Below, piece after piece: positions 8,325 to 17,437 of a DNA stretch of 64,000 nucleotides. A model generated the notes under the pieces. The model did not search any database. It worked only from the letters and a program-made list of their open reading frames with translations, and was not told where the DNA came from. The position numbers were made by a program, and so were the translations under genes. How positions within the stretch are numbered: the stretch's first letter is position 1; the number at the start of each line of letters is the position of its first letter. Origin of the DNA: an uncultured Candidatus Saccharibacteria bacterium (GTDB lineage Bacteria > Patescibacteriota > Saccharimonadia > Saccharimonadales > JACDBH01); the NCBI GenBank assembly GCA_964431415.1, contig CAYSJS010000001.1, positions 65,740-129,739 of the forward strand, given 5' to 3'.

Positions 8325-8663
8325 CTACAACTTTTTTTGTCGGCTCGAAAAGACATAGTAGAATCCAGGGAGCAGATTTGCGACACAATTACTTACGTAT
8401 TCAGGTAGCTCATCTGCGGCCGACACTGGAGTGACCCTTACATCCACCCCCCTATATCTCCTGCGTATCTCGTCATCAAGCACGCCGGGTTCTTCCATAG
8501 ATCCTACGCCGAAAAAGGCCGCAAATCCTTTATAAACGAGGTTACTCCTATCATCAGGCAGAACGACAATCCCGTCCGGTATTACACCATTACGAAGCAT
8601 TGCATCTACCTCCCGTGCGGTATCAAATCCATAATCTGGGCTGTTATTATTTCTTATGCTCAT
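8325..8663 (-). CDS. Hypothetical protein
   Basis: 112-aa ORF convergent with thyX. No recognisable domain. Confidence 0.45.
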   Translation of the reverse strand: MSIRNNNSPDYGFDTAREVDAMLRNGVIPDGIVVLPDDRSNLVYKGFAAFFGVGSMEEPGVLDDEIRRRYRGVDVRVTPVSAADELPEYVSNCVANLLPGFYYVFSSRQKKL

Positions 8664-8689
8664 ATTAAACTCACTCTTATTTTTATTAT

Positions 8690-9067
8690 TTAGCCATCCA
8701 TGCGTGCCGTAATACGGTAAGTAAGCTGATCCGCCTTTTCACCTTCTACACTTGCCAAAGGAGAGCGTTCAAGCACAATCCACCCCGCGAAGGTCGGCAA
8801 CAGGAACTCTCGATACTCTGTACCTAGCTCAATCCCGAGATGTTCACAAAAAGCCATATGTTGCTCTCTGTGTATTTCGTCCGTAAGCATGTAGTAAGCG
8901 CCGAATCCTTCGTTTCGGTCATCTAAATTGGAAGCAATCGCACCAAGCGACCGTGCGGTTTGTATTCCTTTTTGGCGGCTCTCACTACGTTGCACCTCAG
9001 AAAACGAGCCACTGTTTGAGGCAGCCACGGCAAGGCCCACTTCTATATATTCTGTACCAGTTGTCAT
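8690..9067 (-). CDS. Hypothetical protein
   Basis: 125-aa ORF in tandem with 8325..8663. No recognisable domain. Confidence 0.45.
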   Translation of the reverse strand: MTTGTEYIEVGLAVAASNSGSFSEVQRSESRQKGIQTARSLGAIASNLDDRNEGFGAYYMLTDEIHREQHMAFCEHLGIELGTEYREFLLPTFAGWIVLERSPLASVEGEKADQLTYRITARMDG

Positions 9068-9332
9068 AACAGCGAAATATTATACTGCTTTTGCGTATCT
9101 TTTTCAACATATCATTACGGCACAAAATGTTTGACATGGTTATGAATAGATGTATGATCAGTTATGTAATGCAAATTTTTAACACTTCATTCACAAAGCT
9201 TAACCTCGTGATTCTCGACGGAGGTTGTATTGTGCATGGAGTGAAGCAAAAAATTTAAACAGTACAACCGGTCACAACCAACCAGCTTCACTCCAAAAAG
9301 GTGAAGTTTTTTATTTTTCAAGGAGATTTACT

Positions 9333-9659
9333 ATGCCTACACCCCATTTTGATCATTACGTTGGCTGTGCCGACGCATCCGTGAGCGGACCAACCAGCAT
9401 AATGACCGCCGAAGGCGCCCAGCCGTATCAAACGCCCCCGGAAATTACAGGCCTCCCGCCGGTAGACCAATATAAAAAACCGCAATCCGGCCCGGAATTG
9501 CAGCGCAAACAACGAGCAGCATTTGTAACTACCATCGGTTCTTTAGCTTCCCGGAGTGTTTGTAGTGTGCCGGTTAGAAATGACTTATCCGACCAGCCCT
9601 CACCACTCAAACCAGCATCCCCTTATTGGGAGCGATTACAAGACGCCGATTGGCGATAA
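9333..9659 (+). CDS. Hypothetical protein
   Basis: Internal ATG 9333 preceded by AAGGAGA RBS; the ORF track start is 9225. Pro-rich, no recognisable domain. Confidence 0.4.
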   Translation: MPTPHFDHYVGCADASVSGPTSIMTAEGAQPYQTPPEITGLPPVDQYKKPQSGPELQRKQRAAFVTTIGSLASRSVCSVPVRNDLSDQPSPLKPASPYWERLQDADWR

Positions 9660-9676
9660 AAAAGGAGATTACAACA

Positions 9677-9901
9677 ATGATACCCAAACAATGCGAAATA
9701 CCACCCGCCGACCCGGCACATGCAAGATATGAAGATGCCCAGTGGGACCGTATACACGAAAACGAGCTGGACGGGTGGGAAGTAGCCGCCGAAGCGCATA
9801 CCAGCCAGGATCCCGCCCTGCCCCAAGCGATAGGAAGGGCAGCCGCTCATTATCTTGTAAACCCGGATGATATGATCGCAGCCCTTACCCGATCTTTATA
9901 A
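9677..9901 (+). CDS. Hypothetical small protein
   Basis: ATG 9677 preceded by AAAGGAGA RBS; the ORF track start is 9626. 74 aa, no recognisable domain. Confidence 0.4.
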   Translation: MIPKQCEIPPADPAHARYEDAQWDRIHENELDGWEVAAEAHTSQDPALPQAIGRAAAHYLVNPDDMIAALTRSL

Positions 9902-9906
9902 AATAG

Positions 9907-9935
9907 TTGCTATTGACCCCTGTTTGGGGTATACT
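9907..9935 (+). promoter_or_regulatory. Sigma70-type promoter for rplJ-rplL
   Basis: -35 ttgcta (9907-9912), 17-nt spacer, -10 tatact (9930-9935). Lies ~230 nt upstream of rplJ. Confidence 0.55.
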
Positions 9936-10062
9936 GTAGCGTGATTACCAAAGACAGTAGCGATCTGCCGTAACAAGCGATTTAAGAATGCTACCGAGGT
10001 TCACCGGATTACACTTACTTTTTGTAAGCTCCATGACGGTAAACATATCGACTTTAAAAAGC

Positions 10063-10092
10063 GTCTTTCGGTAACGAAAGGCCTTTTTTATT
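10063..10092 (+). promoter_or_regulatory. Attenuator-like hairpin plus T-run inside the rplJ leader (L10 leader-type regulation)
   Basis: gtctttcg gtaa cgaaaggc stem followed by cttttttatt, within the ~230-nt 5' leader of rplJ. Confidence 0.45.
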
Positions 10093-10166
10093 GGCCGGTA
10101 ATCAAGCTTTTTTGGATAGGTCGAACCAATCAAGCACTAGACAAAATTATGTAGTAAGGAGTTCTA

Positions 10167-10691
10167 ATGGCTCTTACCAAACAGAAAAAAGATGAAGTTG
10201 TTGCAGAGATAGCAGCACTTCTGAAGGAATCGAAACTAACCGTTGTAGCCGAATACAAAGGCACCACTGTTAAAGCGATCCAGGCGCTCCGCCGTGAGGC
10301 AAAGGCAAACGGAACTAAAGTAAGCGTCGTAAAAAACCGCTTGGTTATTAAGGCTTTAGAAAGTAACGAAGGGCTAAAAGGTATAGATGTATCTGCACTT
10401 AAAGGACAGCTGCTCTACGCGTTCAATGCGAATGATGAAGTAGCTCCTGCAAGCAGCCTTGCAAACTTTTCAAAGACTAACCCAACCATCCAGTTCGTCG
10501 GTGCTATCACTGCTGAAGGAACGTTCATTGGCGCTGAAGAAGTTAAGGCTCTCGCCGCACTTCCAAGCAAGAACGACCTGATCGCTCAGGTTGTCGCAAC
10601 ACTTACGTCACCGCTCAACGATGTTATGAATGGCCTCAGCGGCAATTTGCACGCGTTGCTTGACGGCGTTAGTGACAAGGCTACGGCTTAG
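10167..10691 (+). CDS. rplJ: 50S ribosomal protein L10
   Basis: AAGGAG RBS. MALTKQKKDEVVAEIAALLKESKLTVVAEYKGTTV is a typical L10 N-terminus. Adjacent to rplL. Confidence 0.95.
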   Translation: MALTKQKKDEVVAEIAALLKESKLTVVAEYKGTTVKAIQALRREAKANGTKVSVVKNRLVIKALESNEGLKGIDVSALKGQLLYAFNANDEVAPASSLANFSKTNPTIQFVGAITAEGTFIGAEEVKALAALPSKNDLIAQVVATLTSPLNDVMNGLSGNLHALLDGVSDKATA

Positions 10692-10726
10692 TAATTTTAG
10701 AAAAATTCTCTTGAAAGGAGAACATA

Positions 10727-11110
10727 ATGGCTAAAGATTTAAAGAAAATCGCAGAGGAACTAACCAGCCTTACCGTGCTGGAAGTAAATGAACTTAAGAA
10801 CATCTTGAAGGATGAATACGGCATTGAACCAGCTGCTGCAGCTGTTGCTGTTGCTGGCCCAGCTGCTGGCGCAGAAGCTGCACCTGCCGCTGACGAAAAG
10901 AGCGAATACGATGTTGTCTTGAAAGACGCTGGCGCACAGAAAGTTGCTGTCATTAAGGCTGTTAAAGACCTTACCGGTCTTGGCCTTGGCGAAGCAAAAG
11001 CCCTCGTAGACGGCGCTCCAAAGACCGTTCTTGAGAAGGCAAAGAAAGATGACGCTGAAGCAGCCAAGAAGACCTTGGAAGAAGCTGGCGCAACCGTAGA
11101 ACTCGCTTAA
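10727..11110 (+). CDS. rplL: 50S ribosomal protein L7/L12
   Basis: Ala-rich hinge, then [32 protein letters not shown], a canonical L12 C-terminal domain. Confidence 0.97.
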   Translation: MAKDLKKIAEELTSLTVLEVNELKNILKDEYGIEPAAAAVAVAGPAAGAEAAPAADEKSEYDVVLKDAGAQKVAVIKAVKDLTGLGLGEAKALVDGAPKTVLEKAKKDDAEAAKKTLEEAGATVELA

Positions 11111-11137
11111 AGTACACCACCAAAAAAGCGAAACAAA

Positions 11138-11169
11138 TTGGAGGCCGGACATAGTTGGACGGCCTCCAA
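11138..11169 (+). terminator. GC-rich hairpin after rplL (possible terminator, weak T-tract)
   Basis: Perfect 10-bp stem ttggaggccg / cggcctccaa 28 nt after the rplL stop. The downstream tract is A-rich then ttatta, so it is atypical. Confidence 0.4.
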
Positions 11170-11338
11170 AAATTATTATCATAGAGTACGCCATTCGGAG
11201 TGTTTGCAACAGTCACGAAAGGCGAATTATCCACAAGGTAAACGAGCTTAACTTTGACTTGGAACATTATTCGTGGTAGGTTTAGCGTAAGTGTGCGGGG
11301 GTTCGAAATAAATACTTGAGGAATAAAACGGGATAGAC

Positions 11339-11845
11339 ATGGCAGATATACCAGAAAAACAGGTCAAACGATTACGATCGTTGATTCAAGAGGCAGAAAC
11401 AAACCTAGCGGCAGCCAAGGAACTGCTGGTGAGTTTGGTTGGCGATGACCCCGAAGTTACTTCTACCGTAAAAGATGAAAATATTGGCAAAGTGATTGAG
11501 GGCGTCTTTGATGGCCAAAATATGGTTGGCTCAGATGCAAAGACCTATCCTGTACCCGCTAACTACGCAAGCAAGTCTAAATTAGTCCAGGGCGACATCC
11601 TAAAGCTGACTATCGCAGAAGATGGCGCATTCTTATACAAACAAATTGGCCCAATCCCGCGCAAACAAATCGTCGGTATGCTCACCCAGAAAGAAGGACA
11701 TTACGTTGTCACTGTAGGCGACCGAGAATACCGTGTCCTGCTGGCATCGGTTACATACTTTAAGGCGAAACCGGGCGACCAAGTCAGCATAAACGTGCCC
11801 GAAGATGGCAATGCCGAATGGGCAGCGCTCGAAGCCGCATTATAA
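11339..11845 (+). CDS. Hypothetical protein
   Basis: 168-aa ORF occupying the position where rpoB normally follows rplL. No recognisable domain. Confidence 0.5.
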   Translation: MADIPEKQVKRLRSLIQEAETNLAAAKELLVSLVGDDPEVTSTVKDENIGKVIEGVFDGQNMVGSDAKTYPVPANYASKSKLVQGDILKLTIAEDGAFLYKQIGPIPRKQIVGMLTQKEGHYVVTVGDREYRVLLASVTYFKAKPGDQVSINVPEDGNAEWAALEAAL

Positions 11846-11863
11846 ATAAAACCAGAGTTCTAA

Positions 11864-12091
11864 ATGCATCACTTTCCTGTAAAAACCATGCTCGTCGTAG
11901 GCCTGTTTGCCCTTATGTTTTTTGTACCGATAGCAACGCGCGAATATGAAGAGTGCGGAGACGAACCACCCGTTACGCGCTTTCATATTTTGCGTGGCCA
12001 AAAAGACGACTTTGACAATACTGTATACACCCCCACCGGGTCACTGGTCTGCAACCCCTCAACCCACAAAGCTCAGCTCTTTATCTTATAA
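11864..12091 (+). CDS. Hypothetical small secreted/membrane protein
   Basis: 75 aa with an N-terminal hydrophobic segment (MLVVGLFALMFFVPIA). Confidence 0.4.
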   Translation: MHHFPVKTMLVVGLFALMFFVPIATREYEECGDEPPVTRFHILRGQKDDFDNTVYTPTGSLVCNPSTHKAQLFIL

Positions 12092-12256
12092 GCTATAAAA
12101 ATACTAGTTTTCAGGTTGATAGGTGTTATATACAACAGGGTAGCGAGGGCGAAAGAAGAACCGTATACTATATGTACGAAAAGGAGGCGGATTTTATTTA
12201 GTGTGTTCTTTGGTTTAGTGCACACACTAACATAACAATCTCTATAAATAACCAGC

Positions 12257-13798
12257 ATGGGACAGGCGTTATACCGTAAATATCGTTCAAAGTCGCTCGA
12301 CGAGATTGTGGGACAAGAGCATATCACCGATACGCTGAAACGCGCCATTAAAGCAGGGAAGCTAAGCCACGCCTATTTGTTCACCGGTCCAAAAGGTGTT
12401 GGCAAAACGTCTATTGCCCGAATTTTAGCCCATGAAGTAAACGGGCTGCCATATACCGACGAGTCAATTCACCTAGACATTATAGAAATAGATGCTGCCA
12501 GCAACCGCCGGATCGACGAAATTCGCGACCTAAGAGACAAGGTTCATATTGCCCCAACGAGTGCCAAATACAAGGTATATATTATTGACGAAGTGCATAT
12601 GCTCACTAAAGAGGCATTCAATGCGCTCCTAAAAACTCTCGAGGAACCGCCAGCACACGTAATCTTTATTCTAGCCACCACCGAAGCACATAAACTACCA
12701 GATACGATCGTAAGCCGCACCCAGCGCTTTACGTTTAAGGCTATAGAAGAACAAAGTGCCATAGAACACCTCCGGGCTATAGCTAAGAAAGAAAAAATGA
12801 AAATAGATGATGACGCGCTACGTCTGCTTGCCGAGCACGGCCGCGGCAGCTTCCGTGATGCGATCGGACTGCTCGACCAGGTCGGCCACAGCAAAGACGT
12901 CATTGGAAGGGCAGACGTAGAAAGCCTGATAGGCATTGCACCCGCCGAAGCCATTACCGGACTTTTGTCCGCTACTCTTTCGGGTGACCCAAAAAAGATT
13001 GTTGCGTGTATCGATTCTTTTGCCGAACAGGGTATTGCCGCTTCACAGGTAGCCAAGCAGCTTGGCACACTTGTACGGCGTCAACTTCTCGACGGTAGTT
13101 TTAAAGGCGAAAAACAAACTGCGCTTAGGCTTCTAGAACGCATATTGGCCGTTCCAAGCAGCAGCGATCCGGGCGCAACGCTTGAACTTGCGTTATTTGC
13201 AGCCATAGAAGATTCCCCGCAAACAGTACCGATTAAGCCCCAGCCGGATAGTTTAGCCGAGCCCCCGCGCCCGCAGGAGTCCACGCCAAAACCAACTGCG
13301 CAAACCCCAAATAAAAAAGATGCGCCCGCAACCACTGAAGATAACACTCCCGTAGCCGCCGCTGAAGCAATTGAAGAACCGGCTGTCGCACCAACCGAAC
13401 CACTCGGCGAGCTAGAAGATATAAGCAGCTGGTGGCCGCAACTGGTAGACAGCATCAAGAAACACAATAATACCTTGTACGGCGTGCTGCGCATGGCCCA
13501 TCCACAGTTTTCAGGCGAGACCCTAAAACTCAGCTTTGGATTTGCGCTCCACGCTAAAAAGACAGCCGATGCGAGCGTCACCCAAAAACTGCGGGAAGTT
13601 GTAAGCCAGCTCACCGGACGCGACGTGTCAGTTAAGGTGGTCCACGATATCTCCTTGAAGGGAACCACACCCAACCTTGCCGTACCTACCGCGAGCCCTA
13701 TAGCCGCGGCCACTCAAGCAACAACAGAAAACGTACCCACACCCGAATTAAGCGCTATCACTTCTATCTTTGGCGGTGCAGAGGTGCTGGAGAGTTAA
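12257..13798 (+). CDS. dnaX: DNA polymerase III subunit gamma/tau
   Basis: YRKYRSKSLDEIVGQEHI...AYLFTGPKGVGKTSIARILA, Walker B IIDEVHML, SRTQRF. Confidence 0.95.
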   Translation: MGQALYRKYRSKSLDEIVGQEHITDTLKRAIKAGKLSHAYLFTGPKGVGKTSIARILAHEVNGLPYTDESIHLDIIEIDAASNRRIDEIRDLRDKVHIAPTSAKYKVYIIDEVHMLTKEAFNALLKTLEEPPAHVIFILATTEAHKLPDTIVSRTQRFTFKAIEEQSAIEHLRAIAKKEKMKIDDDALRLLAEHGRGSFRDAIGLLDQVGHSKDVIGRADVESLIGIAPAEAITGLLSATLSGDPKKIVACIDSFAEQGIAASQVAKQLGTLVRRQLLDGSFKGEKQTALRLLERILAVPSSSDPGATLELALFAAIEDSPQTVPIKPQPDSLAEPPRPQESTPKPTAQTPNKKDAPATTEDNTPVAAAEAIEEPAVAPTEPLGELEDISSWWPQLVDSIKKHNNTLYGVLRMAHPQFSGETLKLSFGFALHAKKTADASVTQKLREVVSQLTGRDVSVKVVHDISLKGTTPNLAVPTASPIAAATQATTENVPTPELSAITSIFGGAEVLES

Positions 13799-13799
13799 T

Positions 13800-15164
13800 A
13801 TGGATCAGAAACCACAAAGCAACAGCATCCCACCACAAAACACCGAGGCAGAAGCAAGCCTGCTGGGCGCTATCTTAATAGACAGCGACGCAGTTGTTAA
13901 AGTAGCCGACCTCATTACACCGAAAGATTTTTATGACGAACGGCACGGCCGTATATTCGAGGCTGCATTGCAGCTGTACGAACGGCACAGCCCGATCGAC
14001 GTCCTCACTTTGTCTGACCAGTTGAGAAATACCGGGATGCTTGAATTAGTGGGGGGCGCTTCCTACCTTACCGAGCTAACCAACTTTGTGCCAACGGCAT
14101 CACATGCCGACCGCTATGCCGACATAGTAAAGCAAAAGGCTATGCGCCGGCGGCTTATTAAGGCCAGCCAATCAATCACCGAACTCGGGTACGACGAATC
14201 CCAGAGCCTGCAAGAACTAATTGAAAACGCCGAAACAACTCTCTTTGAAGTAAGCCAGCAGCACGTCAGCCAAGATGTAGAGAGCATAGAAAACATCTTA
14301 AGCGCCAGTTTTGACCGCCTTGATGAACTGCATAAAGACAAAGGCAAACTGCGCGGTGTTTCTACGGGCTACCGCGACCTAGACAACATACTGGCCGGCT
14401 TCCAGCCGTCTGACCTTATTATCCTGGCCGCTCGACCTTCCATGGGTAAGTCCGCTCTAGCACTGAACTTTGCTCATAACGTGGCCGTAAAAGCAGGTAT
14501 GCCAGTACTGATGTTCAGCTTAGAAATGAGTAAAGAACAGCTGGTTGACCGTATGCTTGCATCCGAAGCCGGAGTTAACTCGTGGAACTTACGGACCGGC
14601 AATCTGACAGACAGTGACTTCGAAAAAATAGGCCAAGCAATGGGCACTCTGTCCGAAGCGCAGATATATTTTGACGACACACCAGGCATCACCGTCAGCG
14701 ACATGCGCACCAAGGCAAGAAGAGAAGCACATCAGCATCCACTTGGATTAATCATCGTCGACTACCTCCAGCTCATGAGCGGCGGAAGTAAGTTTGGCGG
14801 CAGCGATAACCGCGTGCAGGAAATATCCGAAATATCACGTGGTCTAAAGGGGATCGCCCGCGAACTCAAAGTACCCATTATCGCCCTCAGCCAGCTCAGC
14901 CGTTCGGTCGAAAGCCGCAGCCCCCAGATTCCTCAGCTTGCCGACCTGCGCGAATCGGGTTCTATCGAGCAAGACGCCGACGTTGTGGCGTTTATATATA
15001 GAGAAGATTACTATAATCCGGAAACCGAAAATAAAAACATCGCCAAGATACTTATTAAAAAACACCGTAACGGACCGACTGATGATGTTGACCTCTACTT
15101 TGACCGCGAAAAACAGAAATTCTTCAGTATAGACAAAAACCACACCCAACCATTTGACTCGTAA
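13800..15164 (+). CDS. dnaB: Replicative DNA helicase DnaB
   Basis: PPQNTEAEASLLGAILID N-terminal motif, Walker A ARPSMGKSA, IIVDYLQLM, ESGSIEQDADVV. ATG 13800 lies 1 nt after the dnaX stop. Confidence 0.95.
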   Translation: MDQKPQSNSIPPQNTEAEASLLGAILIDSDAVVKVADLITPKDFYDERHGRIFEAALQLYERHSPIDVLTLSDQLRNTGMLELVGGASYLTELTNFVPTASHADRYADIVKQKAMRRRLIKASQSITELGYDESQSLQELIENAETTLFEVSQQHVSQDVESIENILSASFDRLDELHKDKGKLRGVSTGYRDLDNILAGFQPSDLIILAARPSMGKSALALNFAHNVAVKAGMPVLMFSLEMSKEQLVDRMLASEAGVNSWNLRTGNLTDSDFEKIGQAMGTLSEAQIYFDDTPGITVSDMRTKARREAHQHPLGLIIVDYLQLMSGGSKFGGSDNRVQEISEISRGLKGIARELKVPIIALSQLSRSVESRSPQIPQLADLRESGSIEQDADVVAFIYREDYYNPETENKNIAKILIKKHRNGPTDDVDLYFDREKQKFFSIDKNHTQPFDS

Positions 15165-15231
15165 ATTCTTTTTTTTTGAGCCTCAGCATCGTAAGGTTTA
15201 CAGCATAAGCAGAATAAAAATGGTATACTGA

Positions 15232-16416
15232 ATGATAATGAAACGCGCGTGGAACTATGTCGTCACGATGTGGCAGCCGGCCAGTATTTTTGCCGTGGGC
15301 GTGCTGCTTACTATTTCTTTGTTTACTTTTCGCATCACCTCACTGGTCCCGGGTAGTGCGGCCGTCGAAAGACACACCGCTGCAAGCAGCGCATCCGTAC
15401 AGGCCATCTATGACAATCCGCTAAACGCGCCCTATAAGCTTTTACAGTACGGCGTACACCATATAAGCAAAGGACTGGCCACCGACAGAATTATTAGTGG
15501 TATTGTGGCCGGCGTGAGCATTTGGCTTTTTTACTACGTCGCCAGGCGTTTTACCGGCAAAGCAGCGGCCATATTCGCAACCATTTTGTACGCTTCAAGC
15601 AGTGCGCTGCTCCATATAGGCAGAACCGCAGCACCGCACAGTATGCTGCTGATTCTCTTCCTGTTATTTGCGGGCGGCTTTTATATGCGTTTTGGGCGAC
15701 ACAATAAAACCGCTTGGCTATTGAGCGCTTTGGCATTAGTCCTGGCTCTATATACGCCGGGACTCATATTTTTTGTTATACCGGCCGGACTATGGCAGCT
15801 AAAAACCTTCCGGCGCAACTTTGATGTGCCTCGGAGGAGCCACTTGATTTTGTTATCACTGGCGATTTTCGTGATCTTACTTCCGCTGATTATCGGTTTC
15901 GTGAGGACGCCGACGCTTATTCGTGACTATCTGCTCATGCCGGCTACCGTTCCGAACCCGCTTACTTTTCTTAAGAATCTTCTTGCCGTGCCTTTCAGCT
16001 GGTTTTTCTGGGCGCCTACAAACCCTTTGTATCGACTCGGTCGTCAGCCGGTCTTAGACATCTTTACCGGTACCATGTTTGTTTTAGGGTGCATCCAGCT
16101 TATTCGTAATTATAAGCTCGACCGCTTCTTCCTGATCCTGGGCATATTCGCGGTTGCTGCGTTAGCTACCGCTATAAGCGGCGAGTTTGAGAACAGCATG
16201 ATTCTGCTGCCGTTTTTGTATCTGCTCGCGGCTATAGGTATAGAATACCTGCTCGAACAATGGCGAGCCGTCTTCCCACGGAACCCGCTAGCCAAATGGG
16301 TAGCCTTGATCGTAATTTCTCTCGCTGTAATTGTGTCGGCCAACTTCCAGACCCGGCGTTATTTTATCGCTTGGCCGAATAATGCCGCCACCAAAGCTGT
16401 CTTTACGGCAGAATAA
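15232..16416 (+). CDS. Polytopic membrane protein, possibly GT-C (ArnT/PMT-like) glycosyltransferase
   Basis: About 10 predicted hydrophobic segments with general ArnT/PMT-like topology, and no diagnostic motif seen. The second ATG at 15238 lies 8 nt after a tatact -10, so the mRNA may be leaderless. Confidence 0.4.
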   Translation: MIMKRAWNYVVTMWQPASIFAVGVLLTISLFTFRITSLVPGSAAVERHTAASSASVQAIYDNPLNAPYKLLQYGVHHISKGLATDRIISGIVAGVSIWLFYYVARRFTGKAAAIFATILYASSSALLHIGRTAAPHSMLLILFLLFAGGFYMRFGRHNKTAWLLSALALVLALYTPGLIFFVIPAGLWQLKTFRRNFDVPRRSHLILLSLAIFVILLPLIIGFVRTPTLIRDYLLMPATVPNPLTFLKNLLAVPFSWFFWAPTNPLYRLGRQPVLDIFTGTMFVLGCIQLIRNYKLDRFFLILGIFAVAALATAISGEFENSMILLPFLYLLAAIGIEYLLEQWRAVFPRNPLAKWVALIVISLAVIVSANFQTRRYFIAWPNNAATKAVFTAE

Positions 16417-16453
16417 TTTGCTATACTAAGGGGACTATAAGGAGTTATACGCT

Positions 16454-16747
16454 ATGAGCCGATTTGACCAGGCTAAGATGCTGATGCAAGTGAAGAAGCT
16501 GCAGAAAGAACTGCAGAAGCAAATTATTACCGTAGAAGCCGGAGACGGCGCCGTAAAAGTAGAAATAAACGGCGAGCAGAAGCTCAAAAAGATCCACATC
16601 GACCCTGAATATGTTGACCTTGACGATATAGGCCAGCTGGAGCGCTGGGTGGAAGATGCGGTTAAAGAAGCCATCTCCACAAGCCAAAAACTAGCCGCAG
16701 ATAAAATGCAGCCGATGATGGGCGCTTTAGGCAACCTCGGACTGTAG
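16454..16747 (+). CDS. ybaB: Nucleoid-associated protein YbaB/EbfC
   Basis: 97 aa. MLMQVKKLQKELQK...VEAGDGAVKVEINGEQKLKKIHIDPE pattern. Classic dnaX...ybaB-recR neighbourhood. Confidence 0.9.
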   Translation: MSRFDQAKMLMQVKKLQKELQKQIITVEAGDGAVKVEINGEQKLKKIHIDPEYVDLDDIGQLERWVEDAVKEAISTSQKLAADKMQPMMGALGNLGL

Positions 16748-16753
16748 CGATAT

Positions 16754-17365
16754 TTGAACATGAGCTTACTGCCGCGCGCCCTGCAAGACGTGATTGACGA
16801 CCTGGGAAAGTTACCGGGGGTAGGGCCGCGCACTGCCGAAAGATACGCCTACCATCTCCTCAAGTCGGATGCTTCGAAAAGCCGCAGTCTGGCGCGTTCG
16901 CTCGAAAAACTTCATGACGGCATCGGGTATTGCCGTATTACATTTGCGCTTGTAGAAAAGGGTCAGGAGCTTTCGCCCCTATATACCGACCCGGAGCGAG
17001 ACAAAACAATCGTAGCCGTAGTAGCCGAGCCTTTCGACATTGTTGCTTTAGAAAAAACCGGCAAATACAAGGGCACCTACCACGTGCTCGGCGGCCTGGT
17101 TTCGCCCATAGATGGTATCGGCCCAGAAAATCTCCACATTAATCAGCTCATTGCAAGAGTCGAAAAGGACAAGGTTACAGAAGTTATCCTGGCCACCAAC
17201 GCCAGCGTAGAGGGGGAGAGCACCGCTCTTTACATTCAAAAACAGCTCGAAAAAAGCGGTGTCCGAATCAGCCGCTTGGCACGCGGCCTATCGGTTGGCG
17301 TCGACCTAGAATATGCCGACCAGCTCACCCTGGCGCGCGCCCTCGAAGACCGCCAATCAGTGTAA
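16754..17365 (+). CDS. recR: Recombination protein RecR (Cys4 zinc-finger cysteines not conserved)
   Basis: LPGVGPRTAERYAYHLL helix-hairpin-helix and a Toprim region (VVAEPFDIVALEKTG..YHVLGG). TTG start at 16754 or ATG at 16760. Confidence 0.9.
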   Translation: MNMSLLPRALQDVIDDLGKLPGVGPRTAERYAYHLLKSDASKSRSLARSLEKLHDGIGYCRITFALVEKGQELSPLYTDPERDKTIVAVVAEPFDIVALEKTGKYKGTYHVLGGLVSPIDGIGPENLHINQLIARVEKDKVTEVILATNASVEGESTALYIQKQLEKSGVRISRLARGLSVGVDLEYADQLTLARALEDRQSV

Positions 17366-17437
17366 CCGGTCTGTTAGAAAAGACAGCTTTACTAAAACAC
17401 TACCTCTTTTGGCGCGTTACCCTATATACTATGAGAT

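Noticed and set aside
10681-11067. 128-aa Ala/Ser-rich minus-strand ORF antisense to rplL (also 10760..11209 and 10971..11267)
   Set aside because: It is the mirror image of the Ala-rich GCN codons of rplL. L7/L12 on the + strand is unambiguous.
12092-12256. SRP (4.5S/scRNA) gene, expected upstream of dnaX by analogy with the scr-dnaX-ybaB-recR arrangement
   Set aside because: Only an 8-bp hairpin (ttagtgtg/cacactaa) is present. There is no conserved SRP domain IV sequence, and ybaB-recR are not directly after dnaX here.
13081-13713. 210-aa minus-strand ORF (and 12544..13068) antisense to dnaX
   Set aside because: It lies entirely inside dnaX and is a low-complexity Ser/Ala-rich antisense product.
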